From positions 33,480,001-33,544,000 of the forward strand of contig OX597839.1 in assembly GCA_951406725.2 (NCBI GenBank): a stretch of 64,000 nt of DNA, in the 5' to 3' direction. How positions within the stretch are numbered: the first letter of the stretch is position 1; each line of letters starts with the position of its first letter. Source of the DNA: Octopus vulgaris. Lineage: Eukaryota. The notes below the pieces were generated by a model that saw nothing but the letters and a program-made list of their open reading frames with translations, did no database searches and was not told where the DNA came from. Shown piece after piece: positions 1-12,385 of this stretch. The position numbers and the translations under genes are program-made.

Positions 1-61
1 GTCCACTACTTTTAACCAGTAATCTACGCGCGTTAACTAACGGTACGCCGTTTACTCTCTT

Positions 62-471
62 TATTCTTTCATCTATTACTTGTTTCAGTCATTTGACTGC
101 GGCCATGCTGGAGCACCGCCTTTAATCAAGCAACTCGACCCCGGGACTTATTCTTTTGTAAGCCCAGTACTTATTTTATCGGTCTCTTTTGCCGAATTGC
201 TGAGTAACGGGGACATAAACACACCAGCATCGGTTGTCAAGCAATGCTAGAGGGACAAATACAGACACACAAACGCACACACACATACATATATATATAC
301 ATATATACGACGGGCTTCTTTCAGTTTCCGTCAACCAAATCCACTCACAAGGCTTTGGTCGGCCCGAGGCTATAGTAGAAGACACTTGCCCAAGATGCCA
401 CGCAGTAGGACTGAACCCGGAACCATGTGGTTGGTAAACAAGCTACTTACCACACAGCCACTCCTGCGCCT
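62..471 (-). mobile_element. tRNA-derived SINE, family A (full length)
   Basis: Minus strand starts AGGCGCAGGAGTGGCTGTGTGG (A box), then GGTTCAGTCC (B box), a CTTGGGCAAGTG CORE-like segment, an internal TA/TG microsatellite and a GGTGCTCCAGCATGGCCGCAGTCAAATGACTGAAAC tail; many near-identical copies in the window. Confidence 0.9.
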
Positions 472-559
472 ATTCACACAGCCACTCCTGCGCCTAGTTG
501 TTTTTTTTTAATTTGAATATTTCCGGTTAAAATAAATTTGTTAATTATCCGTTTTTAAA

Positions 560-925
560 CTACCTTCTTCCGGCATGACTAACCTTGGCCGCATTAACCA
601 AATGTTCAATCATTCGCGTTCAGCTTTATTCAATTCTTCTCTATTTTAAGCACATTTCAAAACCTTATCCTTAACATGTCTTTTTAAATATCCACAGCCA
701 ATAATTATGTAGAATTCTTCACTATCAATTCTATTCTTGACCTGAATGGTAGCTTTGACCCTAAACATTCTTCTGTGAAGACTGACGTATTAATCTGCCA
801 GTATCCAGCCAGCCCCATTGTTATAAATTTCATTTAAGCGGAGTTTTATAATAGCAAGAAGCTGAAATTACTATAAACTTGGCTATTATCCTATCTGCTG
901 CTATAACACAGAATCCAGTCGATCA
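560..925 (-). pseudogene. Decayed L1/Tx1-like ORF2 fragment (end of AP-endonuclease region)
   Basis: Frameshifted minus-strand peptides DRLDSVL ... GYWQINTSVFTEE ... FRSRIE resemble the RLD..L / GxWxxNxS motifs of L1-clade ORF2. Confidence 0.35.
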
Positions 926-1041
926 AAATCTTGATCGCTAACAATATAGGATAAAATTGCTCCAATTTGTAAACACTTTAAAAGAGATGGGCAGTTTAAA
1001 GAATGTTTGACTCTCGCCTTACATGCAAATTATGGGTGACC

Positions 1042-1597
1042 TTTGAGCAGCATCTGAAAAACTTTTGAGCAATATCTGAGCAACCTTTCATCAGTGTCTG
1101 AGCAACTTTTGAGCAGCATCTGAGCAATATGTGACGAATATCTGAGCAACATCTGAGCAATAAATGAGCAATTTCTGAGCAACATAAGAGCAATATCTGA
1201 GCAACCTCTGAGCAACCTCTGAGCAACCTCTGAGTAACATCTGAGCAATATCTGAGCAACATCTGAGCAATATCTGAGCAACACATGAGCAACATTTGAG
1301 CAATATCTGAGCAACCTCTGAGCAACATCTGAGTAACATCTGAGCAACATCTGAGCAATATCTGAGCAACATCTGAGCAACACATGAGCAACATATGAGC
1401 AACATCTGAGCAACATCTGAGCAACATCTGAGTAACATCTGAGCAACACATGAGCAACACATGAGCAACATCTGAGCAACATCTGAGTAACATCTGAGCA
1501 ATATCTGAGCAACATCTGAGCAACATCTGAGAAACCTCTGAGCAACCTCTGAGCAACCTCTGAGCAACATCTGAGCAATATCTGAGCACCATCTGAT
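1042..1597. repeat. 11-bp minisatellite (ATCTGAGCAAC)n, roughly 50 units
   Basis: Direct tandem units with A/C/T variants; source of the three MLLRCCSDVAQ ORFs. Confidence 0.95.
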
Positions 1598-1649
1598 TGC
1601 CCTGACGTAAACAACAAAGGCATGTCAGAACTAACATGTATTAACATCT

Positions 1650-2660
1650 TTAAGAACAAGGAAAACTAGTAGAACATTCCAATTCCAATAAAAACAATTC
1701 GTTGCAAACATAACAGACCTGGTATTATTCTGCGGGACAAGCAACAAAACCATGCACCGTTGTAGAGGTCAGCTGCCCAGTAGACGTGAATGTACAATGA
1801 AAAGTCCAAGAAAATGAGAAATGGTGAATTAATACGGAACATAGAGCTCTTGTATTCTGACTATAAACCCTCCATTGTACCTATCATTATAGGTGCATTA
1901 GACTATATTCCTACAAATTTACACAAAAATCTAAAAATACTAGGATTTTCGGAGAAAAAGCAAAAGAAACCGACGCCGATTCTCCAAATGTAGTCTATTA
2001 CTGCCGCAGTGGAAGGCGGCGAACTGGCAGAAACGTTAGCGCGCCGGGCGAAATGCTTAGCAGTATTTCGTCTGCCGCTACGTTCTGAGTTCAAATACCG
2101 CCAAGGTCGACTTTGCCTTTCATCCTTTAGGGGTCGATTAAATAAGTACCAGTTACGCACTGGGGTCGATATCATCGACTTAATCCGTTTGTCCTTGTTT
2201 GTCCTCTCTGTGTTTAGCCCCTTGTGGGTAGTAGAGAAATAGGTATTTCGTCTGCCGCTACGTTCTGAGTTCAAATTCCGCCGAGGTCGACTTTGCCTTT
2301 CATCCTTTCGGGGTCGATTAAATAAGTACCAGTTACGCACTGGGGTCGATATAATCGACTTAATCCGTTTGTCGTTGTTTGTCCTCTCTGTGTTTAGCCC
2401 CTTGTGGGTAGTAAAGAAATAGGTATTTCGTCTGCCGCTACGTTCTGAGTTCAAATACCGCCGAGGTCGACTTTGCCTTTCATCCTTTAGGGGTCGATTA
2501 AATAAGTACCAGTTACGCACTGGGGTCGATATAATCGACTTAATCCGTTTGTCTGTCCTTGTTTGTCCCCTCTATGTTTAGCCCCTTGTGGGCAATAAAT
2601 AAATATATTACTGGCGCAGTGAATATTTGTAAAGCATTCCAAAGAATTTCCATCTAAGAT
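1650..2660 (+). pseudogene. R4/Dong-like non-LTR retrotransposon RLE domain remnant, interrupted by a SINE trimer
   Basis: Peptides KHNRPGIILRDK / CTVVEVSCPVDVNV / GELIRNIELLYSDYKPSIVPIIIGALDYIP; reading continues after the SINE as ITGAVNICKAF. Confidence 0.75.
2012..2605 (+). mobile_element. SINE family B, head-to-tail trimer in one TSD
   Basis: GGCGGCGAACTGGCAGAA head, GAGTTCAAAT B box, GTCGACTTTGCCTTTCATCCTTTCGGGGTCGAT central (Meta-like) domain; units 2012-2241, 2242-2421, 2422-2605; TSD TATTACTG(C/G)CGCAGTG at 1996-2011 and 2606-2621. Confidence 0.9.
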
Positions 2661-2740
2661 TCTTTAGGTGAATAAATGCACAAAGCTGGTTGTGTGCATC
2701 GACAGTTCAACCGACACACCAACTCAACTACATGGATATG

Positions 2741-3329
2741 GAAGCACTCCGTCGGTTACGACGATGAGGGTTCCGGTTGATCCGAATCAACGGAACAGCC
2801 TGCTCGTGAAATTAACGTGTAAGTGGCTGAGCACTCCACAGACACGTGTACCCTTAACGTAGTTCTCGGGGATATTCAGCGTGACACAGAGAGTGACAAG
2901 GCCGGCCCTTTGAAATACAGGTACAACAGAAACAGGAAGTAAGAGTGAGAGAAAGTTGTGGTGAAAGAGTGCAGCAGGGATCACCACCATCCCCTGCCGG
3001 ATCAACTACATATTTACACACACACACACACACACACACATACATACATTGATTGAAGCACTCCGTCGGTTACGACGATGAGGGTTCCGGTTGATCCGAA
3101 TCAACGGAACAACCTGCTCGTGAAATTAACGTGTAAATGGCTGAGCACTCCACAGACACGTGTACCCTTAACGTAGTTCTCGGGGATATTCAGCGTGACA
3201 CAGAGAGTGACAAGGCCGGCCCCTTGAAATACAGGTACAACAGAAACAGGAAGTAAGAGTGAGAGAAAGTTGTGGTGAAAGAGTACAGCAGGGATCACCA
3301 CCATCCCCTGCCGGATCAACTACATATTT

Positions 3330-3394
<65 letters not shown>

Positions 3395-3690
3395 TACATT
3401 GATTGAAGCACTCCGTCGGTTACGACGACGAGGGTTCCGGTTGATCCGAATCAACGGAACAGCCTACTCGTGAAATTAACGTGTAAATGGCTGAGCACTC
3501 CACAGACACGTGTACCCTTAACGTAGTTCTCGGGGATATTCAGCGTGACACAGAGAGTGACAAGGCCAGCCCCTTGAAATACAGGTACAACAGAAACAGG
3601 AAGTAAGAGTGAGAGAAAGTTGTGGTGAAAGAGTACTGCAGGGATCACCACCATCCCCTGCCGGATCAACTACATATTTACATACACACG
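2741..3690 (-). repeat. Three tandem copies of a 5'-truncated family C SINE plus (CA)n spacer
   Basis: Units start GAAGCACTCCGTCGG at 2741, 3056 and 3406; near-identical except for CA-tract length. Confidence 0.9.
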
Positions 3691-4080
3691 GAACTCTCTT
3701 AACCCAAAAACTCATGTCGCTTCAAGTCTCTTAAATAACTTAAATAAATCTCAGAGAAAAATCAAACATCCATACACAGAAACGTGTATAAATGACTTAT
3801 GATGATCGCTGGCCATCAGCTACCGATATTAGGCTTGTCTTCCCAGGTTTTTCTATTTTTAAATAGACACAGACGCTCTCTGTGATAAACTTTTATTGTA
3901 CAGGTCAAATCCTGTTTCGTAAAAATCAATAGACATTAGGTATTGCTACAAGGGACATCAATATTTCAAACTCACGCCGTTAATAAACAGACTTACAAGG
4001 GAAAGATGTCGGTGTTTTCTATTACTAAATCAGAAAGTAAGCATAAGAACCGTGTTTGATGGATGACTTTAGCAGAAACG

Positions 4081-4154
<74 letters not shown>

Positions 4155-4341
4155 TATACACACGCACATGCACGCACGCACACACACATATACACACACA
4201 CGCAGACACAAATATATGTCCTTTAGTTTGCCTTTGCGTTTCTCTCTCCGCTTAAACTTCGTGTTTTCAATTTTGAAATTTTATACTAATTTTAGATGTT
4301 ATACACTCTATATATTTCTCTTTTATTTTATCTTTTCGTTT

Positions 4342-4380
4342 TGTTTCTGGTGAAAGACTAAAGTCCGAAACGCTAAGACA
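4342..4380 (+). ncRNA. Degenerate minimal hammerhead ribozyme-like motif
   Basis: TGTTT-CTGGTGA-A-AGACT-AA-AGTCC-GAAAC-GCTA-AGACA; helix I and II pairing mostly retained, core A6G. Confidence 0.4.
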
Positions 4381-4647
4381 CTTCACGTTGATTTTAAGTT
4401 CTCAAACCCTGAAATAAATCATATTCGTCAAAATTTAATATTTTCTGCCTTGTTCTTTTTGCATGTTTCTTGTCCTTACAGTGTGTGTGGTTGTTGTGGG
4501 TGTGTGTATGTGTGTGTGTGTGTGTGTGTCTGTGTGTGTGTCTATAGAGGAAGAGAAATAAAATAACGTACAGATATATATATATATATATATATGTATA
4601 TTTTTACATGTACACATAGGTCATAGATAGATAGATAGAGAGATAGG

Positions 4648-4716
<69 letters not shown>

Positions 4717-4718
<2 letters not shown>

Positions 4719-4902
4719 CCATGATAGATCGTTAGCCACTACACACAGTTTTTTCTCGTTTTTTTCTGTGTATCTTTCTGTAGAAGTGCGTAGGTTCGAA
4801 ACGTAAAAGACTTTTTCTATTCTTGAGCGCTATACTAATACATCTGTTTGTTTTGTACACCACCTGTCTTCGTCTTTTGTATTTTTTTCGTAAACTTTCC
4901 CT
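4717..4902 (+). mobile_element. Short TA-embedded Penelope-type element, family H1, with hammerhead-like motif at 4773-4810
   Basis: Homologous to 29341-29515, 40441-40642 and 40733-40904; TCTTT-CTGTAGA-A-GTGC-GTAG-GTTC-GAAAC-GTA-AAAGA. Confidence 0.7.
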
Positions 4903-5070
4903 ATACACACACACACACATATATATATAAACAGTTGGAGAGATCACTAAATGAATCTCTTGTATGTTGAAAATTGACGTCTTACCACGAAATCTGTTTT
5001 CAAATTAGCAAGATGGTTGATGTTTACGAGGTTGACAAATGAAAAGAAATAAACACATATATATATATAT

Positions 5071-5358
5071 AGGTTGTGAGCTCGAATCCCAGACCGGGCT
5101 GCGTGTTGTGTTCTTGAGCAAGACACTTTATTTCACGTTGCTCCAGTTCACTCAGCTGTAGAAATGAGTTGCGACGTCACAGGTGCCAAGCTGTATCGGC
5201 CGTTGCCTTTCCCTTGGATAACACTGGTGGCGTGGAGAGGGGAGGCTGGTATGCATGGGCGACTGCTGGTCTTCTATAAACAACCTTGCCCAGAAATGTG
5301 ACTAGGAGGGTAACTTTCTAGGTGCAATCCCATGGTCAGTGTCGTGACCGAAGGGGGT

Positions 5359-5360
<2 letters not shown>
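5071..5360 (+). mobile_element. CORE-like SINE family D (5'-truncated)
   Basis: B box GAGCTCGAATCCC and TTGAGCAAGACACTTTATTTCACGTTGCTCCAGTTCACTCAGCTGTAGAAATGAGT CORE-like domain; 3' part repeated at 13258-13470. Confidence 0.8.
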
Positions 5361-5413
<53 letters not shown>

Positions 5414-5572
5414 CATAAACACACACACACACACACATACATATATATATAGGTTTATATATATATACATATATGATATATGATATATATATGCATGTAT
5501 ATGTATATTTATGTACACACATATATATACATATACGTATATATATATATATACATTTATATATATTTACAC

Positions 5573-5639
<67 letters not shown>

Positions 5640-5994
5640 TGGAGGAGAGAGCGGGGTGACGAACAGACAGACAAATAAATCAAAGGAACAAATAAATCTA
5701 CAATGTGTCAGATAACATTGAGCACCGTTGACAACAAATTGTAAATAATTCATAAAACCATCTTTTATGCAAACATTGAGATAATTTACTCACTCAGATA
5801 TAATATATATATATATATATTATGCGTGGCACACAGTGACACCTGTTCGGGCAGCGTTGATTTGATAGCGGCAGGGAGGGAGTGAGATAATATATGCGGC
5901 ACATATATTTGATCACTGTACACAAAGTCGTTTGTGATGGTCATTCGGCTGAAAGCTGGACACTCGCACGTCGTATTCGAGGGGGAGAGTCTAC

Positions 5995-6600
5995 GACGAC
6001 TACCACGACCACGACCACCACCACCACCACCACTACCACCATCATCATCATCATCGTCACCACCACCATCATCATCATCATCATCACCACCAACATCATT
6101 ATCATCATCATCATCATCATCATCACCATCACTACCATCATCACCATCACCATCGTCGTCGTCGTCGTCATCATCATCATCGTCATCATCATCACCATCA
6201 TCATCATCATCACCATCACCATCGTCCTCCTCCTCCTCCTCCTCATCATCATCATCACCATCACCATCTTCATCACCATCACCATCGTCCTCCTCCTCCT
6301 CATCATCATCATCACCATCACCATCTTCATCATCATCATCATCATCATCATCTCATCATCATCGTCATCTCATCATCATCGTCATCATCATCACCGTCAT
6401 CATCATCATCATCATCACCATTATCATCAACATCATCAACATCATCATCATCATCATCATCATCATTACCATTATCATCATCAGCAGCCTCACTATCATC
6501 ATCGTCATCATCATCATCATCAGCAGCAGCAGCAGTCCCCCCCCATCATCATCATCTTTATCACCATCACCATCACCATCGTAGTCGTCCTCGTCATTAT
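5995..6600. repeat. (CAT/CAC)n trinucleotide low-complexity tract
   Basis: Direct inspection. Confidence 0.95.
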
Positions 6601-6659
6601 TTATCGTTACAAAACGTTTAAAAATCTTTCCAATAGAATCAAATAACCCAAAACTAACA

Positions 6660-6765
6660 ATTTTCCACACGTCACTTCCTGTTGTCATTCCGGAAACGAG
6701 AACGCACATGCTTTTGACATTTCGATTCGGACAACTTCTTCGCTGGACGCCATCTTGCATCGTTG
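6660..6765. promoter_or_regulatory. Candidate promoter/enhancer motif cluster (CRE-half+ETS, ETS, YY1)
   Basis: CACGTCACTTCCTGT, TCCGGAAA and CGCCATCTTG within about 100 bp of unique sequence. Confidence 0.3.
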
Positions 6766-7042
6766 AAATTTGAAAGAAAAACCTAAAACAAAACACTTCG
6801 TCTTCAACGTTGCTAATGAAGATTGCCATTTCATCTGCCCCTTCGTGTATCACTGGTATTTGTTTATCCTGCTGCGTTCAATGACATTTGGAATGAATCA
6901 ATCAATCAGCATTAGTCACAGTAGAACGCTCTGTGACGCTGATATTTCGCTTGAAAATCGATAAATACGATAAAGATTGTTATTGATCTCCAATTTCAGT
7001 TTCCATTTCTTCGCTTTCATATTTAAGTTCAGGTTTATTTTA

Positions 7043-7480
7043 TTCCTTCCTTCCTTCCTTCCTTCCTTCCTTCCTTCCTTTCTTCCTTCCTTCGTTTGTT
7101 CCTTCTTTCCTGCCTTCGTTCGTTCGTTCGTTCGTTCGTTCCTTCTTTCCCTCGTTCGTTCGTTCGTTCGTTCGTTCGTCCTTCCTTCCTTCCTTCCTTC
7201 CTTCCTACCTGCCTGCCTTCGTTCGTTCGTCCTTCTTTCCTGCCTTCGTTCGTTCTTTCGTTCGTTCGTTCGTTCGTCCTTCCTTCCTTTCCTTCCTTTC
7301 CTTCCTTCCTTCCTTCCTTTCTGCCTTCCTTCCTTCTTTCCCTCGTTCGTTCGTTCGTTCGTTGTTCGTCCTTCCTTTCCTTCCTTCCTTCCTTCCTTCC
7401 TTCCTTCCTTCCTTCCTTCCTTCCTTTCTTTCCTTCCTTCCTTCCTTCCATCCTTCCTTTCCTGCCTTCCTTCCTTTCTC
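7043..7480. repeat. (TTCC)n/(TTCG)n tetranucleotide tract
   Basis: Direct inspection. Confidence 0.95.
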
Positions 7481-7971
7481 GATTCAATCAAGAGACGGCG
7501 GCCATGCTGGAGCGCCGCCTTCAAGTGTTTTAGCAAAGTATATATAGACTCAAGTATTGATTCCAATCAGCTGTATATTTCATTGATCTTTCTTTGTCGA
7601 ATGGCTAAGTGATCCCATGAGCTAAAAAGAAAAGAAGTATATGCTAGCATACACACACACACACACATACACACATCTCATACATATACACATACACAAA
7701 TACATAGATGCACACATACAGACTCATATGTATATATGTATGTATGTGTGTATATATGTGTGTGTGTCTGAGCATGCTTGTGTATATATGTGTGTATCTA
7801 TATATATATGTGTGTGAGTGCATGTATATATATTAAAATTAATCAAAGGTCATACTAAGTATGTCTACCTGCTGGAAATAACAGTCAAAACTCATATTTA
7901 AATTGCCAAAATACACCGAAGGCAATGCGAGCTAAGACAATCTCTCAGCGTACATTCAAGTATTTGGATTT

Positions 7972-8022
7972 ACGTGGACCGGTTTCTGGACTGGCATTAT
8001 AGCCTCATCCTCCTCAGCACGC
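7972..8022 (-). ncRNA. Type I hammerhead ribozyme motif (near intact)
   Basis: Minus strand: GCGTG-CTGAGGA-GGAT(GA)GGC-TATAAT-GCC(A)GTCC-A-GAAAC-CG-GTC^CACGT; helix I 5 bp, full core, palindromic helix III. Confidence 0.75.
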
Positions 8023-8156
8023 GTTACCAGGTGAGAGGGTCCCGATCCTTCGGGTTGAAGTCTGTGCTGCAACAGATTAATTTTGCGCCGAATCACAGCA
8101 GCCACCAGCAGTCAATAAAATCTTCGCAAATATTGTCTCTTGTATTATTTGCTCCG

Positions 8157-8262
<106 letters not shown>

Positions 8263-8291
8263 GTATATATGTATATATGTATATATGTATA

Positions 8292-8365
<74 letters not shown>

Positions 8366-8639
8366 TATAATTAAGACAGAGAAAAGCATATTTCAAAGTT
8401 CGATATTGATATTCATTCAATCCATATCAAGTTATAGAAATTCTTCAAACAATACAATATACATAGATGCGTTTACGTATATGAGACACGATGAAAATTC
8501 ATAAGAATTCATAAACACATATAAATACGAAGATTTATAAATTTATGAAAATTCACAAATATATAAAAATTTACAAACACATAGAAATTCATAAATATAT
8601 AAACACATAACTCTAAATACATAGATATACTTGCGAAGT

Positions 8640-9140
8640 CCGAATGTCCGTATTAGAATCAATTAGGAGGGTAGAAAAGAAAGTTAGTATAAGATAATTC
8701 ATTAGGAATCCCAAATAGGTACAAAACCTTACGGCCGTTTCGAGAAGAAAAAAGTTGATATGGGCGTGCTAACCCATAGCAGTTATCTATACTTCTCTCA
8801 TCAGACTTAAGAGATTGAAAGACTTGTTAAAATTTTAAGAGGTTTGAGAATTAAAAAAAGAATACTATTGTTTAGTCGAACCATACTCTTCAAGCAGATG
8901 ATATAATTAAAATTAAAATTACAGGTTAAGGTACATTACGACGCTGTATATAATAGTATTTTAAGAAGAGTCCATAATATAAAGGACGGCTATATTAGGA
9001 TCCTATCGGCTAATTATTTTGGAGTAAGAACCTAAAAGTTGAAAGATATTTATGTCTACAGGTCAGATATCTTATGACGTCAGATATCTTATTAATTAAG
9101 CTATTTTTGTTGGCACTGAGTATGTGGATCGCCTCCTTCC
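8640..9140 (-). mobile_element. Penelope-like element 3' remnant (GIY-YIG C-terminus plus pLTR)
   Basis: 9040-9137 minus strand translates EAIHILSANKNSLINKISDVIRYLTCRHKYLS, resembling the PLE LxNKxSE...CRH terminus, followed by a hammerhead. Confidence 0.65.
8722..8812 (-). ncRNA. Type I hammerhead motif in Penelope 3' pseudo-LTR
   Basis: CTGATGA-GAGAAG-(long loop)-CTTCTC-GAAAC-GGCC-GTA; helix I eroded. Confidence 0.7.
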
Positions 9141-9149
9141 TGCACACAA

Positions 9150-9189
<40 letters not shown>

Positions 9190-9569
9190 TTATACACACA
9201 CTTGAGAAATCTAACCGCACAAACGAAAGAAAAGGGCTTTCAACACATTTAGTGAAAGTTACATGCATTATTTAAAACAGTTCGATTCGCATGGAACCGA
9301 ACCAAATTGTTTGAGATGATATATATATACATTAATCGAAGCGTACAGTATTATATATATTACGGCCTAAATTTACCAATCAGTTTCACACTAGGGGTTC
9401 AAAAGAGAGTTAGGTAACAGTGCGGTTATGTAACTTTGCACTCTTCAGAGGTAGCCGTTGTGGAATGGCGACTGCTCTCTATTAGTGGACAGATATATTT
9501 GGTTTGTTTGGTAAAATAAAGGAGAAAGTTTAGCATGAAGGAATAATTGGATAAAATATGGACACATAT

Positions 9570-9610
<41 letters not shown>

Positions 9611-10163
9611 CATGCACACACGCACACACACACACATATATATATAATTTCGAGAGAAATTGGCTTGCAAATATAGTACCTCGCTCCCTGTGGGGACGTT
9701 AAATTCCCTTTAAGTACATAGACTTGTGCTCTATCTCTTTCTCTGTCTGTCTGTCTCTCTTTGTCTGTCTGTCTGTCAGTCTGTCTCTCTCTCTCTATAT
9801 ATATATATACAATGCAAAAGCCTGCTTGACATACCACATGTACAACACATACATCATTAAGAACGGTTGGAACTGAACATATAATAAGCAGAACAGTTAC
9901 AAAACAGCCAGGGAAAAATCTACGATTATAATTAATTCTAGCTCTACTGGATAATTTCGCAAAGGAAGATGAAAATAATTAGGGCTACTCTTATTAGTTT
10001 GCATGTAAATTCAAATTTTAATTAGTTTTTACAGAACTAACGAACTATGACAAAAACAGAAGAACGCCTAATAAGGTGCTCAGACGCTTTGCTATTATAT
10101 TATCTCCTTACTTTCTCTCATTTCAGAACGAAATAATAGTATATTTCAGAAATTCTCACTTGC

Positions 10164-10206
10164 TTTACACTGACGAAATTCATGTAAATTGAAACAGCTC
10201 TGTATA
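10164..10206 (+). ncRNA. Minimal hammerhead-like motif
   Basis: TACA-CTGACGA-AATT-CATGTA-AATT-GAAAC-AG-CTC-TGTA; helix III imperfect. Confidence 0.55.
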
Positions 10207-10789
10207 CGAGTATTGAAGACTTTATGGTTGAATACAAGCATGAAAAACTTCGTTGTTTATTTTACCAAAGAAGTAAACATTTAAGTAAGCCATAAGTATT
10301 ATATGGTATATGGTATCCTATCAGACTCGAATTTGCGTCATTAGCTAAATAATAAAACTAAATAATATTGACGATTAATAACACAATAGCTTGCAATGGC
10401 CGGGTCTTTTTGTCGTTGGTTGCCAGTATTGCAGGGGCAGTGTCTTAACAGCATCAACTGTTTCTGAACGGCTTCCAGTATCAGGTGCTTTGCTCCTAGT
10501 ACAATTATTACCGCTCCATTCATAGGTACACGATGAAGGAAATATAAGTCCATACATCGACAGCTTCTTAAGGTCTCTCTGGGTGTGTGGATTTTCTGTA
10601 GCGGTTTACCCCCTTAGCCGTTTTAAACCTTCAATGCATTGCTCCACTAAGCAAAAGGGCTTTATCATTATAGTAGGCATGGTTTGGGCAGTCAGAAGAC
10701 TATATTTAAATGCTAAAAGTCTTCAAATTTTCCAAGTGAACGAAACGGGATGAAATAGATTAAAATGACAAATGCATACATACATACGT

Positions 10790-10857
<68 letters not shown>

Positions 10858-11108
10858 GTACGCGCGCACACACACACCCACGTACATAAACATGCACTTA
10901 TGTATAGTCCAGAGAAAGTTGGCTATGCTCTGGTCGATATTTAAAGTTCTAGCAGTTTAAATTTTTACCTGATAATGGTGTATTATATATTATGGTGTTA
11001 ATCATTACGATTACATTAATTAAATTAAATCTTCCTGAAACACCTGCCGTAAATTTTAAACACCATTTGTGCTTACTTTACATATAAATATATGTACATA
11101 CATATATA

Positions 11109-11156
<48 letters not shown>

Positions 11157-11312
11157 CATACAAACATACATACATACATACATACATACATACATACATA
11201 CATGCATACATACATACATATATATATATATATCTATGTATGTATGTATGTATGTGTATGTATGTATGTATGTATGTTTGTGTGTGTATGTGTGTGTGTG
11301 TGTATATATATG

Positions 11313-11373
<61 letters not shown>

Positions 11374-11629
11374 GCATATATATGTATGTACATATATTTA
11401 TATGTAAAGTAAGCACAAATGGTGTTTAAAATTTACGGCAGGTGTTTCAGGAAGATTTAATTTAATTAATGTAATCGTAATGATTAACACCATAATATAT
11501 AATACACCATTATCAGGTAAAAATTTAAACCGCTAGGACTTTAAATATCGACCAGAGCATAGCCAACTTTCTCTGGACTATACATAAGTGCATGTCTGTG
11601 TGCATGAGTGTGTGTGTGTGCGCGCGTAC

Positions 11630-11689
<60 letters not shown>

Positions 11690-12286
11690 ACGTATGTATG
11701 TACGCATTTGTCATTTTAATCTATTTCATCCCATTTCGTTCACTTGGAAAATTTGAAGACTTTTAGCATTTAAATATAGTCTTCTGACTGCCCAAACCAT
11801 GCCTACTATAATGATAAAGCCCTTTTGCTTAGTGGAGCAATGCATTGAAGGTTTAAAACGGCTAAGTGGGTAAACCGCTACAGAAAATCCACACACACAC
11901 AGACCTTAAGAAGCTGTCGATGTATGGACTTATATTTCCTTCATCGTGTACCTTTGAATGGAGCGGTAATAATTGTACTAGGAGCAAAACACCTGATCCT
12001 GGAAGCCCTTCAGAAACAGTTGATGCTGTTAAGACACTGCCTCTGCAATACTGGCAACCAACGACGAAAAGACCCGGCCATTTCAAGCTATTGTGTTATT
12101 AATCGTCAATATTATTTAGTTTTATTATTTAGCTAATGACGCAAATTCGAGTTTGATAGGATACCATATACCATATAATACTTATGGCTTACTTAAATGT
12201 TTACTTCTTTGGTAAAATAAACAACGAAGTTTTTCATATTTGTATTCAACCATAAAGTCTTCAAAACTCGTATACAGAGCCGTTTC
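10191..12286. repeat. Large inverted repeat, arms of about 920 bp around a ~260-bp TA/TACA/TATG spacer
   Basis: 10191-11112 is the reverse complement of ~11375-12286 with scattered substitutions; mirrored ORFs 10341..10557(-) and 11866..12136(+). Confidence 0.95.
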
Positions 12287-12385
12287 TTTCAGTTTCCGTC
12301 TACCAAATCCACTCACAGGGCTTTGGTCGGACCGAGAGTATAGTAGAAGACATTTGTCGAAAGTGCCACGCAGTGCGACTGAACC

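Noticed and set aside
996-1659. Three overlapping 159-213 aa Cys-rich ORFs
   Set aside because: Translation of an 11-bp minisatellite; not a CRISPR array because there are no unique spacers
5894-6646. His/Ile/Ser-rich ORFs
   Set aside because: (CAT)n low-complexity sequence
9370-9455. Minus-strand CTGAAGA...GAAAC...GTA hammerhead-like boxes
   Set aside because: Helix II does not close next to GAAA and helix I is absent; not counted
10341-10557. Short ORFs duplicated at 11866-12136, a possible gene pair
   Set aside because: Consequence of the inverted repeat; at most a frameshifted LINE scrap (ILEAVQK)
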